From Octopus bimaculoides (Eukaryota): DNA of 57,258 bases. Of the stretch, positions 11,353-24,900 are shown in pieces. The stretch's first letter is position 1. Every line of letters starts with the position of its first letter. A program made the translations under genes and the position numbers. The notes beneath the pieces were generated by a model. The model was given only the letters and a program-made list of their open reading frames with translations, searched no databases and was not told where the DNA came from. The stretch spans positions 124,224,137 to 124,281,394 of the forward strand of contig NC_068983.1 in NCBI RefSeq assembly GCF_001194135.2. The letters are read 5' to 3'.

Positions 11353-11762
11353 CTCAAACAATGTCAGATTTCCTCGCGATGTGATCAGCCTGGTGCGTTT
11401 TTGATCAAGTGTCAGAAACCTTCGTCATTCCAAGTTTCTTGTACAGAATATTCTCAACTCTCTCACAGGGTATGTTAATAGCATTGACTATTTGATTTAT
11501 AGACAATCACCTGTCCCCCATCACCATGTGGTGAACACGAAAAATTTTTTCCTAGGTGGTGGTAGTTGTAGGACGTCCAGACCTTCGGTCATCTTCAAGA
11601 CTCTCCTTTCCCCTCCAAAATTTAGCTGCGCACTTTTGCACTGTTGATAAAGCTGGAGCATCATCTCCTAATGTAGCAACCATGTTAGCATGAATGTCGT
11701 TAGGTGCTAAACCTTTTTTTTTGCAGTTATTTGATAATACCATGATGCCAAATTTTGTCCAT
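11353..11762 (-). pseudogene. Mariner transposase N-terminal HTH fragment
   Basis: Reads MDKIWHHGIIK*LQKKGLAPNDIHANMVATLGDDAPALSTVQKCAAKFWRGKESLEDDRRSGRP..RVHHMVM..LDQKRTRLITSRGNLTLFE. Confidence 0.9.
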
Positions 11763-11902
11763 TTGAATAGTCAGATGTCAGTTTAGCTGGAAAGAAACAA
11801 TGCATTTATTAATAAGATGGGTTGATATCAATGCATGCAAGATTTCACAGCTCTAACATCACTTCTCCATATTCAACCTATAAGCTTTTCAACCCACCCT
11901 CG

Positions 11903-11944
<42 letters not shown>

Positions 11945-12119
11945 NNNNNNNNNNATATATACATACGCATACCCATGCGCACGTGTACATATATATATAT
12001 ATACATATATATATACACGCATACATACGTACATATATATAATATATATACATAAACATATACATAATACGTATATATAATATATATTATATATGTATTT
12101 ATGTATATACACATACATA

Positions 12120-12150
<31 letters not shown>

Positions 12151-12205
12151 ATATATATACATATATATACATAAACATATACATAATACGTATATATATA
12201 TATAT

Positions 12206-12264
<59 letters not shown>

Positions 12265-13327
12265 GCATACACGCACACACGCGCGCATACATAAGCTTTT
12301 ATTTAAAGATTTCGTTGGCAAATATCTTATCTCTGTGAGCGCAGATGAGCGAATCGATAAGTGCTGTTTCCTTGCTCCACACTTGTTTTTTTTATCACTT
12401 TCCAGGCTTAATTATTGATTCTTTTTTTTTACTTAAGGCAAACGTTGAAAGGATGAGGCAGGAATAAATTTAACCAATCCAGTGTGTGAATTGAAACAAC
12501 TGATAAGAAATTAAATTTGATACTATTTTACAACTTCATGGAATTTTATATGAAACACTGAAAGCAATTCAGATATGGATTCCGTAGAGAGAAATAAAGA
12601 GAGAAAGTTATCTATTTGGTGTGAAATAGAGGTAAAATCAGTATCATGCTTCCCTTATTGAAATAAAAATAATAGGTTCAGTGCAAAATTTAATGTTGAA
12701 AATTACTCATGTAGCTATATAGCTATATCTCGTAATGTTCATCAATGCACTGATGTGGAGTTCAGTTGCCTGTAAGATGTGAATATTTTGTTCCAGAGAA
12801 AGACTACATATACAATGCATACTGCGAATCCTACAGCTTTTGTACGATAGCTTTACATTTTTATTTAAGTTCAACGGTAGGTGTATTAAAGTATATAATG
12901 AAAGATTTGAGAAGAAACTGATAATGTTTTATTTTTAAGAGAAATACAGAAATTATTTTATTTTTTATTATAGAGAAATACAGAAAATATTGATTTAGAT
13001 TTTGCCGATCAAATAGAGTAATTATATAGTCAAGATCTGAAAACATATTTAAAAGATTCTCTATTTGAATCTAATGGAAAATACAAACACATCCTTACTG
13101 TCATGCGTGCATACATATTACGAGCAAATACAGTGTGAAACCAAAGTGTGTTCGGCAGTGAAGCTTTCCGTTTGCAAGGAAATATCTCACAATGCATTTA
13201 AAGTACTAATACCATTTTGGGTATTTGATTGGACTACGAAGGAAACCTACTACTGACCAGCAGACACAAAGTTTAATACATAAATCAGATATTCAGAAAT
13301 GAGAAAAACAGTATCTTAAGTGTCAGA

Positions 13328-13395
<68 letters not shown>

Positions 13396-14296
13396 TGGAA
13401 ATGAGCGTGGGCGTCTAACATCTGTGATACCAGAACTGTTGGATAGACTTGCCTTAATAGAGACAGAGTAAAAACACTCTGTACACAAACAAAAGTTAAG
13501 TACAAGTACGTACCTTGATAAATTGTCAACGATTCAGTAAACGAAGGTCACTCCACATGGTCTATCTACACGCTAGAAATAGCAGTCAAATCTCACATCT
13601 TTTTGAAAAGGCGGGGAAGATGAAATTGGGTCATCTATTCTTAGATAATACTGAAACATAGGTTGGTTCTTGTTGGAAAATCTTTGATCAGCTCGATGGA
13701 GGCTGACCTGGAGCCAAACGACAATAACACTACAACATCGTGGGAACGATGTCAACATTTAATAGCAAGTGCTGTGTCTCATGGAATAATGGTCGGACCA
13801 TTTTGTCAAATTTCGAAGGCTATAGTCTTGTTCAAGACCACGGTTAGTTACAAAATATTCGATAAACAAAAATAGTTGTCTCTAAACCTGCAAGAAGGGA
13901 GCGGAAAACCTTGATTGTGATAGATTTCTGTGGTAGATTTCAAACAACATTACTATATCAAATTGTATGATGTTCGTACAAAACATACAATATATACAAT
14001 AGGACTACACCAGAAGGCCTCCATTGAGCAAGGCTGACCACGCCTCTGCAAATGTATGCGCAGGCTTGGGCAAGATTTTTTGAGGAGGACTGGCTGTTGT
14101 CTATGCTGCATGTTTCCTCTTTCCATGCCACCGATGTTTACCAAAGGGAAAAGGTTGCTGACTTGAGCTGACGCAGCTTAAGGCCACCAGAACTCAGAAT
14201 TTCGTAACAGACATCGCAAAACATCTTACTCAATCTTCTGACAGTTCTGCAAATCCATGGCTCTGGATTGGAATTTTTTAAAATTGACTCTGAGAG

Positions 14297-14411
14297 GATA
14301 AAAGATAAAGTTGCCCACCGGCGAAATTTGATCTCAGAACGTAGAGAATCGTAACAAGCATAGCGACGCATGCTAACCAACGCTGCAACGGCTCTGCCAA
14401 TTCGCCATCTT
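14297..14411 (-). mobile_element. Diverged SINE family C
   Basis: The reverse complement agatggcgaattggcagagccgtt...tacgttctgagatcaaatttcgccgg aligns to the family C head. Confidence 0.65.
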
Positions 14412-15292
14412 AGAATAAAAATATCCTCAAAAATAAATGTATGTTCTTGGTTAAATGTATAAATATACTGATCTTGATTAGATTTATTCATTACAACACA
14501 AGTAGTATTGACGGAATAATCGCAGAAAAATGTATAAAATACAACAGGCCAGACAGAATCAAAATAATTTCATATTGGATATACGAATATTTCGTTCATA
14601 AGCAGTGAGAAAGGACATTTATGAATAGAATGTACCAAAATATGCAATTTCGTTATTTCTGCTATGAATTCACATAAATCTACATTTATTAATGAACTTG
14701 ATAAAATTATTGTGCAAGGAGAACAGTAAAAATATGCAACTTTTATCCAGAAGTATGCATATAATTTTATACAATTGTGATTGTCTAAATTCCAACTTCA
14801 GTAACTTCTGATTTGGAGTCTGCCATTTATTTTTTTATATTTCAAAAAATTAAAAGATCCACATATGCACGTACTCGTACTTCTATACACAAATGACAAA
14901 TAGACTAACATCAACACAATCATATCCAATGCTGATGTATGCAATGATGTGATATACACAAATATTTACTACAAGGAAGACATATTTAACACATAATTAC
15001 ATTCACATACACACACAACAGGATATTTTAAAAACTCAAACAAGTAAGATTGGCTGCCTTGCCAATAATGAGGTTTATTCTATAAATACAGATTGAATTA
15101 TATAAAAATAAAATACGAGAAAGCGTATATAAGTACACAGATAGACATATAAATGGAGAATTTGATTATTTTACTAAAATATTTTGACACTTAAATTGTA
15201 GGTAATCAATAATTCTAAGCAATCAAAGATCACAGTTCAAATTCGCAGTTGAAACCTCACAAGTGATTCACTCGGTGCTGCGTTGCAACGCT

Positions 15293-15640
15293 TTATTAAG
15301 AAAACATCTTTACAACCCTTGGAAAAAAAACACCCACCTTTCCTGAACGAACTTTAGGCAACATTGTAAATCCTGAATGGTATCATAAATTTGAATGCAG
15401 AATGACGCCTCACTGCGTAGGACAGCCATCAAACTCTTCCACCTCTCAAATTGCGACGGATACTTTTCGTAATTTTCCAAAAATAATCTCTACCGATTAT
15501 GTGGAAACCTCCTTTCCGACTGCATCTTAATTATTATGGCTTTCTCAACAGTACTCTGAATTCGCTTTCCGCTTTCCACCCTTTTACACCGCACGTTGTA
15601 AATTCACTCTAAAACTATCCCTTTCTTTTCCTCTAGGCTT
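15293..15640 (-). mobile_element. Possible degraded L1/Tx1 3' end
   Basis: The minus-strand translation IYNVRCKRVESGKRIQSTVEKAIIIKMQSERRF weakly resembles an L1/Tx1 ORF2 C-terminus, and the segment ends in AATAAAG. Confidence 0.3.
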
Positions 15641-16406
15641 ACACCAAGCACATGTAGTAAGTCTTAATACACCTTTATCGGCAGTGACATGACGTCATGG
15701 TCATGTTGGCCGAATAGGTATAATTATTAGTTTCCCACTGGTTAAAATTACTGCCCATATTTGAATTCTAACTTTCGTCAAAGAGAAATCTTTCACGAAA
15801 TACGGTTCTTAGAATTCAGATATCAGCAGTTATAAAAATCCTGATTTTGGGGAAATAAATCAGTGTTTGTTGGTTGTCACTTGATTCCACGACACTCACT
15901 TTCCTGAGATTTGGTTATTACGATGCCAAGTCATTTGTTAAATTCAACGAGGCTATTTTGAATTGTTATTTAAAACTCTTTGTAGCTTAGTTACGAAAGA
16001 ATCAAATAATACATGTAAATATTAACCATACAATTTTTATGTGGTAACTCTCTGCGACAGTCTTCTTTTGACTCATAAACATGTACTGTAAATATTAAAT
16101 GTACGTAAATAAATTAATTTAGTAAATGATTTTTTTATCTTCATTTCTTTAACCTGGTGATGAAATTTATTTCTGTAACTATTGAAACTGTTATTATAGC
16201 GGTGAAAAAGAGTGAGCTTATTTATATTCAACGTACATGCACGTTCAGCGTCCTAGTGTTTATAACTCACCACAGCGTTTATGTAGTCTGAGCTAGAATT
16301 TATGTATGGTGATTAAATACTTATAATTAAGTTATAAGTGACGGATTTATCACCACAGATTCCTGCAAAAGAAATATTTATATTCATTATATTTTCAAGT
16401 CGAACA

Positions 16407-16536
16407 CGTTATAAATTGCCACTCGTCATTCTTCTCAACACCGACGCCGTTATAAATTGGCGACACATCGTTATAAACTAGCGACCAACCGACGTGGAAA
16501 TCTAATCACCATATAAATTGGCAACCCACCGTTATA
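16407..16536. repeat. Array of CGTTATAAATTGGCGAC-like motifs (4-5 copies)
   Basis: Copies start near 16407, 16448, 16469 and 16511, with a partial copy at 16530. Confidence 0.7.
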
Positions 16537-16588
16537 TACACTTACAAGCCATAGATAAAAGTACTTTAGCTGCTTAAGCAACAAAACG

Positions 16589-16836
16589 CTAACAATATGC
16601 CCAGGGTTATACCATAGTCTCATCAAACTTTTCGGCCTTACTCTTTCCAGTGGTGTATACTTTGACCTTTGGGTATGCAGAACCAAATATCTGATCCTGC
16701 CGACTACTGTCTAATTATATTCCTTTCTAATATCTCAAAGTTAATGAAAATAACCATTAACAACATCCTCCAATATATTGAAGCTTTCTTCCTCTTTTAT
16801 GAACATCAGTACAATTTACGTAGGTCCAGGAGAACA
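16589..16836 (+). mobile_element. Degenerate CR1/L2-group RT N-terminal fragment
   Basis: Reads LTICPGLYHSLIKLFGLTLSSGVYFDLW...DPADYCLIIFLSNISKLMK..NILQYIE..HQYNLRRSRRT, matching the pattern dPsNYRPISLLs..sKl..HQYGFR.sRST. Confidence 0.6.
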
Positions 16837-16990
16837 AATTAAATGGACATTAGTGATGGATTAGGAGATTTATCCTTCAAAGATTGAATTCTGTAAAAAT
16901 TGTGGCCGAACAGAGAAAGTAGAATCCAGGTACACACTCGTGCATTGATGCAGAAAGAAAATATACAAACGGACTATATAAGCGCGCAAG

Positions 16991-17027
<37 letters not shown>

Positions 17028-18277
17028 GCGCGCGCGCATGCACATGTGTACATATATAAGAATTAATATACGCACACACAAACACATAAACACACATAGG
17101 TACATAGAACGACATAATAATAAATTTGTCCTACATTTGATGAAGATAACAAGAAGTAAACAAAAAAATGATCACAATGGCAGCAGCAACAACATCAACA
17201 AATAATAATGAGAAGAAGAAGAAGAAGAGGAAGAAGAACCATTGTGAGGAATAACAACAGTCAGGACCAGTTTAGAATGAAACAACAAATGACAAGAAAA
17301 AATTGAGAATCAATTATGGACAAAAAAAAAGAAATGTAAAAGAAAATTGTATGAAGAGGCGAAAGAAAACAGAAAATGATAAGAGCGATATGCTAGACCA
17401 GATATTGTGTGATGACTGATTGAATGGGGGGAAGTACGAATCCCTAAATGTTTGAAGACGTTAAGAGAATAAAAAAAAATTGATGTGATTAAATGACTTT
17501 CGAGAGGAAAAAAAAATGTATATGTATACATTTCTCATTTTTTATTTCTGTCTTCAGGAGGAAAAAAACCCCCACCAAAGTACAAAACAACAACAACAAT
17601 GAAGAAACAGTAAAAAAAAAACTTTTTCTAATGTAGAAATAAGCAAGTAAGGACGAAAAAACAAAAAAATAACAAAAATTTGTGGGAAGACAATTATGTG
17701 AAAAGCGAATGTTAGACAAACGTGAATTTAATCACGGCTCTTTTAAACCTGAATAAGTATGCTGCAAAACTTACTGTTTGATTAATGAGTTATCCCANNN
17801 NNNNNNNNNNNNNNNNNNNNNNNNNNNNNNNNNNNNNNNNNNNNNNNNNNNNNNNNNNNNNNNNNNNNNNNNNNNNNNNNNNNNNNNNNNNNNNNNNNNN
17901 NNNNNNNNNNNNNNNNNNNNNNNNNNNNNNNNNNNNNNNNNNNNNNNNNNNNNNNNNNNNNNNNNNNNNNNNNNNNNNNNNNNNNNNNNNNNNNNNNNNN
18001 NNNNNNNNNNNNNNNNNNNNNNNNNNNNNNNNNNNNNNNNNNNNNNNNNNNNNNNNNNNNNNNNNNNNNNNNNNNNNNNNNNNNNNNNNNNNNNNNNNNN
18101 NNNNNNNNNNNNNNNNNNNNNNNNNNNNNNNNNNNNNNNNNNNNNNNNNNNNNNNNNNNNNNNNNNNNNNNNNNNNNNNNNNNNNNNNNNNNNNNNNNNN
18201 NNNNNNNNNNNNNNNNNNNNNNNNNNNNNNNNNNNNNNNNNNNNNNNNNNNNNNNNNNNNNNNNNNNNNNNNNNNNN

Positions 18278-18321
<44 letters not shown>

Positions 18322-18850
18322 TGTATATATTTATATGTTTATATATACATACATATATATAAATATATAAATTTTGGTATATGGTAACTGCTTTGAATGA
18401 AGTAGTGCAAGAGTAAAGAAAAAGTTATTCAAACAGAACTTCTACGACAAAGTACACACGCACACACATACACACGCGCGCACGCTCACGCGCAAATATA
18501 TGAATTCGACACAAGTGAGTTTAGCCGTTCTGTAAAATTGACCAGTGCTTTGTATCTACGATACAACGGTAAATTTATAAACTAAACTACAATCCTCACA
18601 AATTGCACTGCCAGTGATACAAACTGGTGGCAGACGCGCGCGCGCGCGCGTATGTGTATGTGTTATGTGTGTGTGTATGTATACACACACATATATATAT
18701 ATATATATACAAATATGTATACATATATATATAAATATATATGCACACATATATATAAATATATATACACGCAAACATATACACACATGTAGATACAAAA
18801 TCTATAGACACAAAAGCTTATGTAAGTGTGTATAAATGTATGTATGCCAA

Positions 18851-18893
<43 letters not shown>

Positions 18894-19041
18894 GATGGAG
18901 TCTCTCGTCGTCAATGACAAATGAGGGTTCAATAAAATAAAGCGGTAATCATGTTCTATGGACATGAATGTATCTCTTGAAGCTGGTGCCTTGCAAATCT
19001 TTTGACTAATGGAACAAGCTAAGGTATATATATATATATAT

Positions 19042-19117
19042 ATATATCCATATAAATCTATGGAGCACACACATGTATATCTATAGATACAAACACATAT
19101 GTGGGTATGTATGTTTG

Positions 19118-19153
<36 letters not shown>

Positions 19154-19722
19154 ATACAAAGAATATATATACATGTATACACACATATATGTACATACTT
19201 ACATCTACATGTGTATATACATGCATATCAGGGTACAGGACGTTAGAACAATAAACTACAGACAACGGAACGAACACATAGGAAAACGGAAAGCCACTTG
19301 GAATATCCCTTCATCAGCTGTCTCTATTCTACTACACACACACACACACACACAAATACGCAAACACAAATATATAGATATACATAAATATATTGGTATA
19401 ATATATATTATTAATTTATTACATGGCCGACTATCATATGCAAATTATAGTCCACTATCTAGATAGAGTTTCATATGCATATATATATCCATATAAATCT
19501 ATTGGAGCACACATATGTATATCTATCTATAGATACAAACACATATGTGGGTATGTATGTATGTATGTATATACATACACTACACACACAAATACGCAAA
19601 CACAAATATATATAGAGAGATATACACAAATATATAGGTATAAATATATATTATTAATTTATTACATGGCCGACTATCATATGCAAATTATAGTCCACTA
19701 TCTAGATAGAGTATCATATACA
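19042..19722. repeat. Local tandem duplication with modules X-insert-Y, X-Y
   Basis: Module X lies at about 19042-19130 and 19480-19578. Module Y (…ttacatggccgactatcatatgcaaattatagtccactatctagatagag) lies at about 19330-19477 and 19580-19722. Confidence 0.8.
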
Positions 19723-19849
19723 TATCAAGACAATTGTCAGTATGATATATATAAAGTAATATTTGTAGCCACTTTAACATGGCTCTCCTTTCGAACGGAC
19801 AGCCATGTTGAAGTGGCAGATTAAAAACATTCCCTGCTGTTCGATATTT

Positions 19850-20411
19850 GGTCAAACTCCAATGTTTGACCCGAGTAAAAAAAAAAAAATAGTGCAATCG
19901 ATGTAAAACAACATGTAGTAAACGAATATGAAAAAAAATGCGCGCTGGCGAAAGGGGTGGGGCGGGGGAGAGGACTCGGAAAATCTACTTCGGGAATGTT
20001 CCGAGTCCTCTCACCACTTCCCCGTTCGTCGGCAAATTTTTTTTCTTCATATTCGTTTACTACACATTATTTTACACCTAGTACACTATTTTTTCCAATT
20101 TTTGTGACGGAGTGTAGGTGGTATGCGATCCAGTAACCCCACTTCGACACCCGGTCACAAAATGGAAATAAAAATAGTGTAATAGGTGTAAAACAACATG
20201 TAGTAAACGAATATGAAAAAAAATGCGTGCTAGTGAATGGGGGCGGGGGAGAGGACTTGGAAAATACACATCGGGAATGTTCCGAGTCCTTTTCAATCTC
20301 CGCCCCCCCCCGTTCGCCAGTGCGCATTTTTTTTCATATTCGTTTCCTACATGTTGTTTTACACCTATTGCACTATTTCTTTTTGCTCGGGTAAAACAAT
20401 GGAGTTTGACC
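19850..20411. mobile_element. 562-bp non-autonomous foldback DNA transposon with 8-bp TSD (Merlin/MULE-like)
   Basis: Termini are GGTCAAACTCC…GGAGTTTGACC. A perfect direct repeat CGATATTT lies at 19842-19849 and 20412-20419, and the interior is two palindromic units. Confidence 0.85.
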
Positions 20412-21216
20412 CGATATTTTATGTAAATACTTTCCTCNNNNNNNNNNNNNNNNNNNNNNNNNNNNNNNNNNNNNNNNNNNNNNNNNNNNNNNNNNNNNNN
20501 NNNNNNNNNNNNNNNNNNNNNNNNNNNNNNNNNNNNNNNNNNNNNNNNNNNNNNNNNNNNNNNNNNNNNNNNNNNNNNNNNNNNNNNNNNNNNNNNNNNN
20601 NNNNNNNNNNNNNNNNNNNNNNNNNNNNNNNNNNNNNNNNNNNNNNNNNNNNNNNNNNNNNNNNNNNNNNNNNNNNNNNNNNNNNNNNNNNNNNNNNNNN
20701 NNNNNNNNNNNNNNNNNNNNNNNNNNNNNNNNNNNNNNNNNNNNNNNNNNNNNNNNNNNNNNNNNNNNNNNNNNNNNNNNNNNNNNNNNNNNNNNNNNNN
20801 NNNNNNNNNNNNNNNNNNNNNNNNNNNNNNNNNNNNNNNNNNNNNNNNNNNNNNNTTTGTGTGTATGTGTATGAATGTGCGTGTATTTATATATGTTTAT
20901 GTATATATATACATATATGCTCACATGCATACATATTTATGCATGTATGTATGTACATATATATATATATATATACATACATATTTATGTGTATATATAT
21001 ATACTTACATAGATATAAGTATGCGTATATATACATAATATACATATACACACACGCACATAATACACACACATATATATAAATTATATATATATATATA
21101 TATGCATATATACACACACTTATGTGCATACATACATAGGTATATAGGTGTGCATATATAGGTACAGGACGTCACAAAACGTAAACAACATGAAATACGA
21201 AAATAACGTTGGGTAT

Positions 21217-21850
21217 GCAACTATCCATAAGGTGACAAAACAACATTTCCTCTTTTACACAGTTGCCTGACACAAAACGAGCATATACCAATAGCTGTGA
21301 ACACTAAGCGATGTCAGTCGTTTCGTCACATTGGATGGAAAAAATAGGAGAATCTCTCACTTGATCGAGAATTTGTTCTTTGATGTCTTGAGACATGTTA
21401 TCAATCCTTCCCTTGACTGTATCATTTGATAGTGAAATCTGGGAAAGCTTGTTTGCACTATCTTTCCTTAGAACGAGTTCTGCTGCACAGATGAAGCTTG
21501 GTTTTATGAGAGACTCAATGTTATGGCTCTTCCTGCTCTTTGCAATCAACATGACGATCTCATAGGAAGCCTCAACAGCCATTGAGTTTGTTGCCGAAAT
21601 GATCCACTACAGTCCAACTTAGCTTGCTTTAAAGGAATGTCTTTTTGTTTCAAAGAATGCCCTGGGCTTGTCTGCAACAGCAGGATGTGTTGTCCTCAAG
21701 TGGCATTCCAAGCGTGAGGGTCGCATTCCATCACTGCTGAAAGTTTTGTAACATATCACACATTGGAGGATTTCTGTATCACCCTTTTGAAGGGACACGA
21801 ATTCAAATCGAAAATATTCGTCAAAATACTTGTTTTTTTTTTTAACTCAT
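21217..21850 (-). pseudogene. hAT (Buster/Charlie-type) transposase N-terminal half, with BED-type zinc finger and first catalytic Asp
   Basis: Reads KYFDEYFRF..QCVICYKTFSSDGMRPSRLECHLRTTHP..ASYEIVMLIAKSRKSHNI/ESLIKP..LSNDTVKGRIDNMSQDIKEQI..FSIQCDETTDIA*CSQLLVYARFV. Confidence 0.9.
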
Positions 21851-22589
21851 TGCGAATTGTTTGATGTGCAATGGACAATACAAATATGTGAACAAAAGAT
21901 AAGACATGTGTAAGATATTGTCAAGGCCCAAGTTAAAACGCTTGGAGTAAGTAAAAAGTTCTGAAAACAAATTAAAATCAAAAAATTTGGAATAAAAGTT
22001 AAATTAAAAGAAAAAAGTTATACGAAAAATGTGTACAATAAAATATTGTATTTATTTGTACAAAAATATAAAACAATGTTTCTTTAAAAAGATTTTGCAT
22101 AGCTTTAATGTTATCTAGTACTTTCTGTAATATTTAAATCTGAATTTTAGTTTAACATTTGACTTTATACTATAATTTTTCTTACAAAGAAATTTACTAT
22201 ATTTTTAACATAAACATTTATTTAATATTAAACATTTTGGTTTTATTGTTAAAATTTTTTATTTTTCCAATCTGTGTTTTAATTTTTTTGAGACTTTAAT
22301 TAAATTGAGCGATAACAGAACTTATTACATGCTTTTTGTTTTATTTCCTATTTTTAAATATATCATACTTTTCAACTTGCTAAAATCTTAAAATAGTTTC
22401 CAATTTTTAAAATTAAGTTAATATTTCTTAGTATGTTCTATAATGATTTGATAATGTTTCAGCATGTCTCTTGATTTTAAAGAATCACGTTATTTAATAC
22501 ATATGAAATCTGTGGATCAAACTTGTTTATAATCTATTAACTGAAAAAGATGTTTGTCTTCACACGATAATAATGTCTAAGCTTTATAC

Positions 22590-23405
22590 CAGTGGTTCTT
22601 AACCTGAGTCTTGTTGTAAAAAAACAAAAAAAAAAACACAAAATAAATGAAAATGTTAAAGCTACAATTCAAAAATAGTGAGGGGTTTGAAGGATATGAA
22701 GTGGGGGTCTTTAGCGGGTTTTTAGCCCACTAATTTAATATGATGTTCGGTCATCCTTCGATAGCTGTTAGAATCAATCCAGTGGGGGAACAACAACAAC
22801 TCGTGTGAGATTTGCGAAGACTTCATGTACATGAGGGATTTATTCTGATCCGGGATGAGAGCGTTTACACAGCTTGTACATTAACATTCAATAGAACAGA
22901 ATAGAATTCGAATAAGGAAACGTTTTCGTCTTGCCGCATTCCATGACTGGTGAAGAGGATTTAAGAAAATTCAATCAACGAGTTGTCTTGTAGCAGGAAC
23001 AGAGATGAAGAAAACCGTAGCTAGCTGCAAGCAGTGTGTGAGAGAAAGAGGATGTTACTTGTCTGTGTGCGTCTTTTATAGTTATGTAACGAGCGCCACC
23101 TAGTTGCAAACGATGTGACAGGGAAGATAACTAGAGATGACTCTCATTAAAACATGACGGCACTGGATTCAAATAAGGTTGCCTACAAGTCAATAAGTAC
23201 AGAAGATAGTAAGCGGGGCTAAGATAGTAGAATAAGAAAACTAAAGGTATAAGGCGATACTTTTGCATTTTTTTCATCAACTTCTCATTATTTGACCATG
23301 TTCTTGTTAAGAGAATAACAAATATAATTAGAGAAATTCTTGCTTTTTCTCAAGGATTTGTGCCCCCTTGGAAACTACTAACGCCTCTCGGGTTAAGAAC
23401 TACTG
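22590..23405. mobile_element. 816-bp non-autonomous hAT (Buster-type) element
   Basis: TIRs CAGTGGTTCTTAACC and GGTTAAGAACTACTG match 14/15. Flanks CTTTATAC and CTTTAGAT match 6/8 and fit the NNNTANNN pattern. Confidence 0.75.
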
Positions 23406-23653
23406 CTTTAGATAGTGTAGTTTGGATGCAACTATATTTGAGCGAGAGGGAGAAAAATAGATGGGATTAGACTTGGTTTTATGAGAGACTACATGGCTTG
23501 AATGTTTTCAAGAATGTATATGTTGAATGTCAGCTGAATTAGGACTAGGGTGCAGCTAATTAGCACCAATAGAGACATCCTCTTGATAGGTTCACGTCAT
23601 CTTATTTACATCAAATCAAAACTTGCACCCAATAAGCTGTTAACTTTAGTTAA

Positions 23654-23875
23654 CTCTTTAAATTTCAGATTATTTAGTCAAATATAATGCTTATTTATTC
23701 ATATTGTTTTTGAATTATTCATATCTTATCTCGTAGCTTGGATGTTTGGATGATATGATTGTTTATTTTCAGAATGATATTGTACAGTAGGTGTGAGAGA
23801 CCGGATCTGACTGGTTTGAGAATAAAACAGGTAGAATATTTGGGACAGATTATTTCTGGCTAAAATTCTAAAGGG
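23654..23875. mobile_element. piggyBac-like MITE, 222 bp
   Basis: TTAA lies at both ends (23650-23653 and 23876-23879), with degenerate TIRs CTCTTTAAATTT and AATTCTAAAGGG. Confidence 0.55.
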
Positions 23876-24749
23876 TTAAATCAATGTTAATGTGCGGATT
23901 TGTATGTTTGTGCGTGTTTGTGTTTATATATATATATGAAACATTAACATCTGATTGGGGAATCTATAATAATTGTTAATATCCATATATAATCCCAATT
24001 ACTCAATGGGTTCATTATGGGTTGTAAATCTATAACATATTTTCACTGGAAACGCAAAATCACTTCTAAGCCATTTACGCTCAATTGCATTTTCAAGAGC
24101 AACGATTTTAACGTGAGATTTCTCGTCTGCAGTAAATTCATCGAGAGCTATTTTAATATGTTCGACATTTGCATTGAAATGTTATTCGAGTCTTCAGGCA
24201 CCACGCAGCCGTTAGCAGTTTCTTGATAGAAATCACACACATTGATTCTTTTGGGAATTGATAAATATTGAATTAAAATTCTATAATCAAATATCTGAAT
24301 CAAGTGCAGGAACATTGAAACAAATTATATTATTTTTATTATGCAATTAACTAATTGTCAAAGTCTCGAAGTTTTCATTGAATATTTCTAATATACTTTG
24401 AATAATATTTAAAATCTGCTTCTGGACTGGAGTTCAAATAGGTACTTTGTAGTTAAATAGTGGAAGTAAAATGAATAGAAGTAATCATATAAGAGAACGA
24501 CTGGTGATAATTGCCATTCTTCAATCATCTCCAGGTCACATTCATGGTTTGAGATGTAATTTCTATAAGGAAGAATGCTGATGTAAAGCAAATAAGGTAA
24601 AATAATAGAAAATCACATAGTTTAACATACTTATCTTAGAATAAATTGTTGAACTAGTTTCACACATCAAAAGTTTCTTTGCGAATATGTTAGGACTGTT
24701 GCTGTTAAGTTTATAGAAATTATTTAGTGTTTAGAAATAGAAGTGACAG

Positions 24750-24900
24750 CTTGTCGCCTAGTGGTAAGGGGGATGTTTGGTTCATTATCATAAGGTCTTG
24801 GATATAATTCCTGGATCAGGCAAGCCGTTGTGGTTTTGAGTAAGATACTTCATTTCATGTTACTCTATTTTACTTAGATGTAATGACTATTAGCTGAGTA
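24750..24900 (+). mobile_element. Highly diverged SINE family B
   Basis: gcctagtggtaaggg…aattcctggatcagg…gtggttttgagtaagatacttcatttcatgttactct parallels the family B head and body. Confidence 0.5.

Noticed and set aside
16407-16536. Repeat-spacer pattern here, and the 15- and 19-bp arrays, considered as CRISPR-like
   Set aside because: The context is eukaryotic, spacers are irregular or absent, and no cas genes are present.
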